Of a stretch of 40,703 bases of DNA, positions 18,668-25,760 are shown one piece after another. Each line of letters starts with the position of its first letter. Position 1 is the first letter of the stretch. This DNA is from Candidatus Iainarchaeum sp. GTDB taxonomy: Archaea; Iainarchaeota; Iainarchaeia; Iainarchaeales; JAAZKV01. Both the position numbers and the translations under genes were made by a program. The stretch lies in NCBI GenBank assembly GCA_018691995.1, contig JABHJM010000075.1:1-40703 (forward strand), read 5' to 3'. Under the pieces are notes generated by a model. It did no database searches and had not been told where the DNA came from. It saw only the letters and a list, made by a program, of their open reading frames with translations.

Positions 18668-19264
18668 ATGAAAAAAACAATTCTTGTACTAACACTTCTA
18701 ATAATTGGAATATTCTTGTTTGGGTGCACTGAAAATCCACCCCCTCAACCAGTATGCGGAGATGACCAGTACTATGATTCTGGTTTTTGTGTTTCTTTCT
18801 TGAATATGACTGAGCAAGAATCAAAAAATTATTTAAAAAATGAATCAAATCCTTTTGGAATAATAAACTGGTCTTTTAATGAAAAAAATGAAATGGAAGT
18901 TACAATAAAGAATAAATCTAATGTTTCTTTGAAAGTAGAAGTGTTTGAAATTGGGCTTAAACAATATAACTCAAATGCATTTTATGATTTAACAAATGAA
19001 AATATACAAACTCCTCTTAAAATATATGAAGATGTTTCAGGAATAGGCGTGGCTAAAGTTCTTGAACCAGAAGAAACAACAATTATTATTATTGACAAAA
19101 TACACCTTTATGATGATAATCAAGAATCTTTATTTACTGGCCCGCCAAAAGGAATCTGTTCAGCAATACCAAGATTAGATTTTATACCTCTTATTTCATA
19201 TAAAAATACAGAAGGACAGATACAAGCACAAAAGGAAAAAACACCTTTGATAATTTCTTGTTAA
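18668..19264 (+). CDS. lipoprotein (198 aa), function unknown
   Basis: MKKTILVLTLLIIGIFLFGC lipobox. The signal-peptide DNA is clearly similar by eye to that of the 17377 gene (identity not calculated). Confidence 0.75.
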   Translation: MKKTILVLTLLIIGIFLFGCTENPPPQPVCGDDQYYDSGFCVSFLNMTEQESKNYLKNESNPFGIINWSFNEKNEMEVTIKNKSNVSLKVEVFEIGLKQYNSNAFYDLTNENIQTPLKIYEDVSGIGVAKVLEPEETTIIIIDKIHLYDDNQESLFTGPPKGICSAIPRLDFIPLISYKNTEGQIQAQKEKTPLIISC

Positions 19265-19277
19265 AAAAATTAATTTT

Positions 19278-19339
19278 ATGAGCTACAAACAAAAAACAAC
19301 TAACCATACTTCCCCGTGTGCAATTCTGGAGGAGGGATT
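19278..19339 (+). repeat. R5: repeat copy
   Basis: ATGAGCTACAAAC..CTTCCCCGTGTGCAATTCTGGAGGAGGGATT. Confidence 0.85.
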
Positions 19340-19393
19340 TAAACCCACTCACAGAAAGATAAGTATTAAATAAAACCACCCCTTTATTTTAAA

Positions 19394-19819
19394 ATGAAAA
19401 TAACAAAAATTACTTGGATAATTACAATGATAATTATGACAGGGACCCTAATATTTTCCTTAATTGGCAATTTTTTATTTGGAGCAATGGCTTTAGTTTT
19501 TTTAAAACACCAACCATTAAGTTTCTACACTATTGCCCCCTTTACTAGCCCAATAATGACCTTAATTTTAATAATTGCATTTATTTTATTCTATAAAAAA
19601 AATGTTTTTGGATTTTTTCTCTCAATATTATATGGAGTTTTGGTTTTACTTGCTTGGTTTATCATAGCTATAGACTTACAATATGGAAACACATTGATAG
19701 AAACATTATTTCAAAATGGAATGTATTTCCCATACATAGCAATTCCAATTTTAATTTTTACAATACTTTCAAAAAATATATTTGATTTCAGCAAAATAAA
19801 ACTTGTGATAAAAAAATGA
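19394..19819 (+). CDS. hypothetical 4-TM membrane protein (141 aa)
   Basis: Four hydrophobic segments. The stop TGA lies within the ATGA of R6. Confidence 0.65.
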   Translation: MKITKITWIITMIIMTGTLIFSLIGNFLFGAMALVFLKHQPLSFYTIAPFTSPIMTLILIIAFILFYKKNVFGFFLSILYGVLVLLAWFIIAIDLQYGNTLIETLFQNGMYFPYIAIPILIFTILSKNIFDFSKIKLVIKK

Positions 19820-19878
19820 ACTACAAACTTCTCACTACCAACCATCCTCCCCCGCGTGCAACTCTGGGAGGGAGGATT
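19816..19878 (+). repeat. R6: repeat copy
   Basis: ATGAACTACAAAC..ATCCTCCCCCGCGTGCAACTCTGGGAGGGAGGATT. The arms ATCCTCCC (19844-19851) and GGGAGGAT (19870-19877) are perfectly complementary. Confidence 0.9.
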
Positions 19879-19883
19879 TAACC

Positions 19884-19891
19884 TTTTTATA
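19884..19891 (+). promoter_or_regulatory. TATA box candidate (TTTTTATA) for the 19914 cassette gene
   Basis: Ends 22 nt upstream of the ATG. Confidence 0.4.
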
Positions 19892-19913
19892 GTAGAATAA
19901 CTCTTTTTATAAT

Positions 19914-22337
19914 ATGAAGAAAATAATTTTAGTAATACTAATACTCCTAGTTTTTGGATTACTCTTTGGATGCGATGAACCAATATGCGGAAATGGGCTT
20001 TGTGAAACTGGAGAAACAGAACTAACTTGTTCAATTGATTGCGAACAAGTAGACTATTGTGGAGATGGAATATGTAATGGAAATGAAACAACTAATACAT
20101 GCCAAGAAGATTGTCCTTCTGACTTAATAACTGTTGAAGGAACATACTCTGGATTTTATAATTTTCCAAGAAACTTTTTTGATGAATCTAATTTAACACC
20201 AACAGAGGTTGTAGAAGTTACAGACCAAATTTATTTACTTGAAGTAGAACTTTCAGGAGGAAAAATACTCTTTGATTCATATCTTAAAGTAGAATATATC
20301 CCAGAAGTTTATGGAATGACTACTGAAGATGGTTTTGCATTAGGCGATGCGGCTTTCCCATCAAACAATAATAACCAACATGCATGGGATGTTATTTCCC
20401 ATGAAATAGGACATGCATTTTGGGCCAATAGCAACTTTTATTATACTCTGGCAGTTCCTGGTCCGTTCTTACAAGAAGCAACTGCAGTTTTAACTGCACA
20501 ATATGTTTATGAAAAAATTAAAGAGGAACCAGACAATTTTAATTTATCACAAGATGCAGTAGAAAGCTTAGGCCTGGTTTACACTGATGAAAGAAATTAT
20601 CAAAAATCAAGATATGAAGAATATATTTCTTTAGGGATGCCGTACAGCCAAGATGAATCAGGCCCAAATTACGCGATTCTAACAAGTCAAGCATTAAACT
20701 ACAAATGGTTTTTGATTGGAGATGAATATGGTTGGAAAAAATTTCAAAAATTTTATAATGGATTTTCATACGACTTAAAAGATGACTTTACTTTTTGGGA
20801 AGATGGAGTATCAGATATTGAAGAAACAACATACATGGTTGCTGCACTTAATGTTGCTTTTGAACAAGATTTCAGACAAGACTTTTTAGATTTAAACTTT
20901 CCAATAGATAACACATTATATTCTAAAATTTATCCAATAATATCAGATTATATTAATCCAAACAAACCAATAAATTTAATTATTGAAACAAATAATTTTA
21001 TTGAAAATGGCGAAATTGATATCATACACTTACCTTCAAATTTAGACCCGCTTGAAGTAAAATTTTATTTAGAAAATGACCTTGAAAAACAAAAAATTGA
21101 TTTTAACGATTTAGAAATTAAACTATACCCCCCAATTGACCATAACCCAAGCCCTCTAATTGACCCATATTACCAAGTTGAAATATTATCCAATGGAACA
21201 CTCAAAGCAAGAGGAAATAGTTTTGTTTATTTACAAGCAAATTTAAAATCAACTCCTAGTATCAAATCTGAAAAAACATTAGTTATTATTGGAGAACCTG
21301 AAGAAATAGAGAACGGAGAGGTTCTTACAATACTTCCAAGAAATTACTATCCTGAAGCACCAGACAACCAATGTGAGATAGATATGAATTGTTTTCCAGG
21401 AAATAAAATTTATGATCGATTTGGAGAAATTAATTATCACGAAGTCTGTAATGAACAAGAATGTATTTATGAAACTGGAAAGTATTGTGTTGAAAATAAT
21501 GAAAATACTTTTTGTTCATACAAAGAACAAGGCAGATATCCAATTTATTTTATGTTAGATAATTATGAATTCTCAAATATGATTAACTTGTTTTATAATA
21601 TTGAATCGCAATTATACAATGAATTTGACCCATATCCAAACTCAAAACAAGTTTTAACAGTTCTTGAAATTCCAGGCCATTGTGGAGGAAATAATAATCC
21701 ACTTGAAACCTCAGGAAGCTGTTACATTAATACAAATGATGGATCCCCCCAATACGACATAATAATACATGAAATGGGACATAATTTTGCTGACAAATCA
21801 AAAGGATTGTACACTTTAATGCATTCTAATAATGATTTAGTAAATCAACTTGGTTTTGGAGAATGTGTTGCTTCACTGCCAGTTCAATATATTAGAGCAA
21901 AACTCAGAGATTCTCCAAAAGATTATAATATTAGCTTTGACTCATACGAATCAAAAGTATTTGGAGCAGAACAAACATTTGACGACTCATTAAACAAACA
22001 AAGATTTGAATTGTTTGAACAGAGAATTCTTGACAAAAATATTTCTGGAATTCACGATCTTGGTGGAGATGTTAGTACTATGTGTAGTTTATTTGTAACT
22101 CCCGCAGCATATCCAAACGATTTCAATAATAATTATGGATGGGAATTTTACAAAAGATTTTTAGGATACTTTGGAGATAACCTTTTAGAAAATTTTGAAG
22201 AAACCAAAAGTGAAACATACTTTGCTGCAACTTATAGTGCAGCAATCGGAAGAGATATGAAAAATAAATTCATTTTCTGGGGATTTGAAATTGATGAAAC
22301 TTATTTTGACAAAATTTATAATCAATTAAAAGATTAA
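19914..22337 (+). CDS. secreted lipoprotein with two zincin-type (HExxH) metallopeptidase-like domains (807 aa)
   Basis: Lipobox LLFGC. N-terminal CGNGLCETGE..C..DC and CGDGICNGNE..C..DC modules. Two HExxH motifs: VISHEIGHAF and IIIHEMGHNF. Confidence 0.75.
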   Translation: MKKIILVILILLVFGLLFGCDEPICGNGLCETGETELTCSIDCEQVDYCGDGICNGNETTNTCQEDCPSDLITVEGTYSGFYNFPRNFFDESNLTPTEVVEVTDQIYLLEVELSGGKILFDSYLKVEYIPEVYGMTTEDGFALGDAAFPSNNNNQHAWDVISHEIGHAFWANSNFYYTLAVPGPFLQEATAVLTAQYVYEKIKEEPDNFNLSQDAVESLGLVYTDERNYQKSRYEEYISLGMPYSQDESGPNYAILTSQALNYKWFLIGDEYGWKKFQKFYNGFSYDLKDDFTFWEDGVSDIEETTYMVAALNVAFEQDFRQDFLDLNFPIDNTLYSKIYPIISDYINPNKPINLIIETNNFIENGEIDIIHLPSNLDPLEVKFYLENDLEKQKIDFNDLEIKLYPPIDHNPSPLIDPYYQVEILSNGTLKARGNSFVYLQANLKSTPSIKSEKTLVIIGEPEEIENGEVLTILPRNYYPEAPDNQCEIDMNCFPGNKIYDRFGEINYHEVCNEQECIYETGKYCVENNENTFCSYKEQGRYPIYFMLDNYEFSNMINLFYNIESQLYNEFDPYPNSKQVLTVLEIPGHCGGNNNPLETSGSCYINTNDGSPQYDIIIHEMGHNFADKSKGLYTLMHSNNDLVNQLGFGECVASLPVQYIRAKLRDSPKDYNISFDSYESKVFGAEQTFDDSLNKQRFELFEQRILDKNISGIHDLGGDVSTMCSLFVTPAAYPNDFNNNYGWEFYKRFLGYFGDNLLENFEETKSETYFAATYSAAIGRDMKNKFIFWGFEIDETYFDKIYNQLKD

Positions 22338-22341
22338 GGTT

Positions 22342-22390
22342 ATGAACAAGAGTATGAGAATCCCAATGTGCAACTCTGAGAGGGGGGATT
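22342..22390 (+). repeat. R7: repeat copy with a shortened spacer
   Basis: ATGAACAAGAGTATGAGAATCCCAATGTGCAACTCTGAGAGGGGGGATT. The arms AATCCC / GGGATT are complementary. It has the conserved right flank TTCCAAAAAAAATCACACCGAGCAGAG. Confidence 0.85.
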
Positions 22391-22428
22391 TTCCAAAAAA
22401 AATCACACCGAGCAGAGAATAGAGTAGC

Positions 22429-22436
22429 TTTTTATA
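22429..22436 (+). promoter_or_regulatory. TATA box candidate (TTTTTATA) for the 22459 cassette gene
   Basis: Ends 22 nt upstream of the ATG. The sequence AGTTCTAATTAATATGAA between the box and the start is identical to that upstream of the 14562 gene. Confidence 0.4.
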
Positions 22437-22458
22437 CTAAAACTCAGTTCTAATTAAT

Positions 22459-23193
22459 ATGAAGAAAACAATTGTTATTTTTGGACTAGTTTTACTAGGA
22501 TTATTTTTATTTGGTTGCACTGAACAACCAGTTACTTGTGAAACAGATTCTGGTTGTGGAGTAGCAAGCTTTTCTGAAAACTATTGTAATGGAACAGAAG
22601 TACAAAGAGATTATATTGAACCTAAATGTGTTTTAAATTCAGACAAACAAACCTGTGATGAGATTAGAACTCCAGAAAAAATTAAAGATTGTGGACCAAC
22701 TCCAAAAGGATGTAGAAATGGAGATTGTGCAGAACTAAGTTGTACTGAAATCACTGGAGCTGTTTGGATTGGCGGAGCACCAATATCAAGAGTTTATTTT
22801 GATACTCCAAGACAAAACAAAATCTTAAATGTTGTAGTAATGAATGATACAAACAGCACTTTTAAAATACATATTTTTGATGACAATTCAGGAATGCCTG
22901 GAGATAAATTATTTGAATCTAAAGAATTCAATGACAATGATTTAACTATTGATGGTTGGGCAAAAGTTGATTTGACTGGAATAAGCTCAATGGAATCAGG
23001 ATACTATTTTATTGGAATTGAAAATACTTCAGAAAATATGATGACTTCACATTTCAATGGATGTGTATATGATGACAAAAATCCAGAAACTTATAATCTT
23101 GAAAGAATGTTTATTATTGATGGAGAAATAAGTGAAAAATTTGATAATCCTGAAATAATGCCTGAAAGAGATATTGTTTATATCTTTGAATAA
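22459..23193 (+). CDS. Cys-rich lipoprotein (244 aa), function unknown
   Basis: MKKTIVIFGLVLLGLFLFGC lipobox, followed by a cysteine-rich N-terminal module. Confidence 0.75.
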   Translation: MKKTIVIFGLVLLGLFLFGCTEQPVTCETDSGCGVASFSENYCNGTEVQRDYIEPKCVLNSDKQTCDEIRTPEKIKDCGPTPKGCRNGDCAELSCTEITGAVWIGGAPISRVYFDTPRQNKILNVVVMNDTNSTFKIHIFDDNSGMPGDKLFESKEFNDNDLTIDGWAKVDLTGISSMESGYYFIGIENTSENMMTSHFNGCVYDDKNPETYNLERMFIIDGEISEKFDNPEIMPERDIVYIFE

Positions 23194-23198
23194 ATTTT

Positions 23199-23254
23199 AT
23201 GAACTACAAACTAATAACCATCCTTCCCCGTGTGCAATTCTGGGAGGGGGGATT
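23199..23254 (+). repeat. R8: repeat copy
   Basis: ATGAACTACAAACTAATAACCATCCTTCCCCGTGTGCAATTCTGGGAGGGGGGATT. It has the right flank TTCCAAAGAAAATTCAACCGAGCAGAAT. Confidence 0.9.
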
Positions 23255-23319
23255 TTCCAAAGAAAATTCAACCGAGCAGAATAAACATAATTAAATATAA
23301 CTAAGTTTCTAACAATAAC

Positions 23320-23700
23320 ATGAAAAGAAATTTAGTAATTGTAGTTATTGTAATAATCATTATCTTATTTATTTTAGCTTCAATTTCTCCAATGACAGAT
23401 TATAATTCAGGAACCGCTTGTCCTTACAGAACAATAAGAAGTGACTGTTTAGGCATCAAATTTCCAAGCAGTGCTTTAACACTTGGCGGACCAAGCCAAG
23501 TTTCTTGTTTAGGATTAATTTCAAATACAAAATGTTATATCAATGAATGCCCTTCTAGCTCAAAAATAAGGTATGAAATTCCTTGTGATTCAGTAAAAGG
23601 AGATTTTAGAGAAGTTTGCATGAACAACATTGATGCTTTTTCACAAGATACCAATTCCAAATATCACTGTTGTAACCTAGTCAGAAATTTATGTGATTAG
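23320..23700 (+). CDS. small Cys-rich secreted or membrane-anchored protein (126 aa)
   Basis: N-terminal hydrophobic segment followed by 10 Cys in the ectodomain. Confidence 0.65.
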   Translation: MKRNLVIVVIVIIIILFILASISPMTDYNSGTACPYRTIRSDCLGIKFPSSALTLGGPSQVSCLGLISNTKCYINECPSSSKIRYEIPCDSVKGDFREVCMNNIDAFSQDTNSKYHCCNLVRNLCD

Positions 23701-23702
23701 CA

Positions 23703-23765
23703 ATGAACCACAAACAACACACTACTCACAACTCTTCCACATGTGCAATTCTTTAGCGGCATGAT
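23703..23765 (+). repeat. R9: repeat copy with a decayed 3' G-arm
   Basis: ATGAACCACAAACAACAC..CTCTTCCACATGTGCAATTCTTTAGCGGCATGAT. The left motif and loop are conserved but the G-tract is lost. Confidence 0.65.
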
Positions 23766-23819
23766 ACTCCACAAACATTTAAATACCTTATTTACCTTAT
23801 ATAAGTTAAAGGTGATTTA

Positions 23820-24023
23820 ATGGTAAATATGACTTTAGCAATCCCAAAAGAAGTCCATGAAAAAATGAAAGCTCACAAAGAAATAAAGTGGACAGAAGTT
23901 GCAAGAGAAGCAATACAAAAAAAATTAACAATACTTGAAACAGAAAAAGACCCACTAAGATTATATGCATACAAAAGATGGGCAGAAGAAGGAGAAGACG
24001 CACATGAACTCTTCAAATTTTGA
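23820..24023 (+). CDS. putative antitoxin (67 aa) of a MazF/PemK-type pair
   Basis: Small ORF preceded by GGTGAT that overlaps the toxin start by 20 nt. An alternative start is the ATG at 23829 (MTLAIPKEV). Confidence 0.6.
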   Translation: MVNMTLAIPKEVHEKMKAHKEIKWTEVAREAIQKKLTILETEKDPLRLYAYKRWAEEGEDAHELFKF

Positions 24024-24369
24024 ACAGGGAGACATAGTAGTAGCACAAGTCCTCTTTTCAGAACAAATTGGGTTAAAGACTAGACCAGCGTTAGTAATAA
24101 GCAACACAAAATACAATAAAAAATCAGAAGATATAATTTTATTAAAAATAACTTCACAGTCCAAACGTACAACTTATGACATTAACCTAAACAATAAAGA
24201 TTTAGAAAATGGAGAACTAACAAAACCAAGCATGATAATGATTGATAACCCAGTAACAACTTACAGAGGAATGATAAGTACAAAAATAGGAAAAATAACA
24301 AACACAAAACTAAAAGAAGTAAAGAAAAAACTTAGTGAACTTTATGAACTGCAAACTAAAAACAACTAA
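24004..24369 (+). CDS. MazF/PemK-family toxin (endoribonuclease-type), 121 aa
   Basis: The N-terminus [28 protein letters not shown] matches the PemK/MazF signature (GDIV...RPalVi). Start at the ATG at 24004 rather than the track start at 23965. Confidence 0.7.
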   Translation: MNSSNFEQGDIVVAQVLFSEQIGLKTRPALVISNTKYNKKSEDIILLKITSQSKRTTYDINLNNKDLENGELTKPSMIMIDNPVTTYRGMISTKIGKITNTKLKEVKKKLSELYELQTKNN

Positions 24370-24403
24370 CTCTTCTCCGTGTGCAACTCTGGGAGGGGGG
24401 AGT
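24344..24403 (+). repeat. R10: repeat copy; the left part overlaps the toxin 3' end
   Basis: ATGAACTGCAAACTAAAAACAACTAACTCTTCTCCGTGTGCAACTCTGGGAGGGGGGAGT. The arms ACTCTTCTC (24369-24377) and GGGGGGAGT (24395-24403) are complementary. Confidence 0.85.
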
Positions 24404-24482
24404 AAAACCAACTAATTTTAACCGGCACGTAACTAACGATATATTTATATATCATTTTGATATACTTTATTTAGGTGATTTG

Positions 24483-24749
24483 ATGGCGAGAACATTAATA
24501 GATTTACAAGGACCGCAGGAATTAATACTTGAAAAAGCTTTAGAACTTGGATTATACAAAACAAAAGCAGAAGCTGTGCGTGGCGCAATAAACGATTTAG
24601 GAAAAGAATATAAAATCTTTAAGGATGCTCAAGGACTTGAAGATGAACTAGTTGCAAGAAAAATGCTTCGAGAAGAAAAAGAAATAAAAGCAGGAAAAAG
24701 AAAAATACTAAGTGAACATGAAGTAAAGAAAAAATATGGTTTCAAGTGA
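24483..24749 (+). CDS. putative antitoxin (88 aa) of a RelE/ParE-type pair
   Basis: ATG at 24483 is preceded by AGGTGAT. The track ORF start at 24381 is a GTG inside repeat R10 and is rejected. A toxin gene follows 6 nt downstream. Confidence 0.6.
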   Translation: MARTLIDLQGPQELILEKALELGLYKTKAEAVRGAINDLGKEYKIFKDAQGLEDELVARKMLREEKEIKAGKRKILSEHEVKKKYGFK

Positions 24750-24755
24750 TTACTA

Positions 24756-25016
24756 ATGTATAACCTTGATTTCAAAGAAGATTGGGATAAATATTTCAAA
24801 AAAATGAACAAAGAAATGCAATCAAAAATTTGGAAAAAAATTCAACAATTACAAGAATTAGAATCTGCAAGACATCTAAAAAAAGGACTACCCTTCTTTG
24901 TTGTAGAAACAAACCAATACAGAATAACATTCCGAGAGATTGGAAAAACAAGAACCGTTTGGTTTGCAGGAAACCACAAACAATACGAAAAATGGTATTT
25001 AAGTTTAATGAAGTGA
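24756..25016 (+). CDS. RelE/ParE-family toxin-like protein (86 aa)
   Basis: Size, position after a small partner gene, and the C-terminal YRITFREIGKTRTVWFAGNHKQYEKW all resemble RelE/ParE toxins. Confidence 0.6.
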   Translation: MYNLDFKEDWDKYFKKMNKEMQSKIWKKIQQLQELESARHLKKGLPFFVVETNQYRITFREIGKTRTVWFAGNHKQYEKWYLSLMK

Positions 25017-25020
25017 GATT

Positions 25021-25083
25021 ATGAAAAACTACAAACCAAAAACAACCAACTCTTTCCCGTGTGCAATTCTGGTAAAGGGGATT
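25021..25083 (+). repeat. R11: last, diverged repeat copy and distal boundary of the island
   Basis: ATGAAAAACTACAAACCAAAAACAACCAACTCTTTCCCGTGTGCAATTCTGGTAAAGGGGATT. The arms CTCTTTCCC / GGTAAAGGG remain complementary. Confidence 0.8.
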
Positions 25084-25344
25084 TTTTTAAAACACTTTTC
25101 ATATAAAACACCATTTTTTTTACAAAAGCTTTATATACTACATAACCCTTATTATTGCAAACTGTGTAAAAACACAGTAAAAGTCCAAAGAATTAGGGTT
25201 TTTTGGCTCCTGACACACAAGAGCTAATTGTTAGAAATCTTAATTTTTTATACATAATTGGTTTGCTTTTTAGAAAGTAAAACAATAATAGTGATTTAGG
25301 ACATAATAGGATTGCCTTAGAAATAAATTGGAGGGAATGATAAC

Positions 25345-25704
25345 ATGAGTTTAATAACAATGACATTTGCCAAAAGCGAATCAAAAATAGCAAACTCTAT
25401 CGGCCAAGGTAAAATTAAAGTCCTAAAGACAGATAAATTTTATGGAGATGATGGAATATGTGTTATTGGCAAACTTATAGAAGGAGCAGTATCAAAACAT
25501 ATGAACATTTGCGGCAAAAGCGGACAAGTGACAACAGTTGAATCAAAATACGGAGATCATTCTTGTACTCACCAAGGAGCACAAGTATTATTGATGATTG
25601 ATGGACTTGAAAAAGAAGATTTAAGTGTTGGAGAAGAAATATCTTTTGAAATGGAAAAAATTGCACAACCTATAAGACCACGTGGAAAATTAATAATCGC
25701 ATAA
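25345..25704 (+). CDS. hypothetical protein (119 aa); weak resemblance to an EF-Tu domain-2-like beta-barrel
   Basis: ORF with a GGAGGG upstream. The functional call rests only on a loose sequence impression (GKLIEGAVSKHMNI..GQVTTVES). Confidence 0.5.
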   Translation: MSLITMTFAKSESKIANSIGQGKIKVLKTDKFYGDDGICVIGKLIEGAVSKHMNICGKSGQVTTVESKYGDHSCTHQGAQVLLMIDGLEKEDLSVGEEISFEMEKIAQPIRPRGKLIIA

Positions 25705-25760
25705 GTGAAAAAAAATCTTATACGCGAAGGTTTAAATTAGCTTAAAGCATAAATAGTTGC

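Larger units (their letters stand above)
14481..25083 (+). other. array of ten co-oriented gene units, each terminated by a tRNA-Tyr-3'-end-derived repeat (integron-like cassette array, hypothesis)
   Basis: Repeat copies R1-R11 are listed separately. Unit lengths are about 2085, 721, 1291, 737, 539, 2512, 864, 511, 638 and 680 nt. All genes are on the + strand. Confidence 0.7.

Noticed and set aside
17240-25083. Could the regularly recurring repeat be a CRISPR array?
   Set aside because: Spacing is 0.5-2.5 kb and irregular. The intervals are complete protein-coding genes with their own start signals. The repeats are 50-100 nt and derived from a tRNA. No cas genes are present.
24381-25227. 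Track ORFs beginning inside repeats: the GTG at 24381 that extends the antitoxin, and 25021..25227
   Set aside because: Their starts lie in the conserved repeat core or left motif. An ATG at 24483 with a GGTGAT Shine-Dalgarno gives a sensible antitoxin. The product of 25021..25227 is low-complexity and spans the repeat plus AT-rich spacer.
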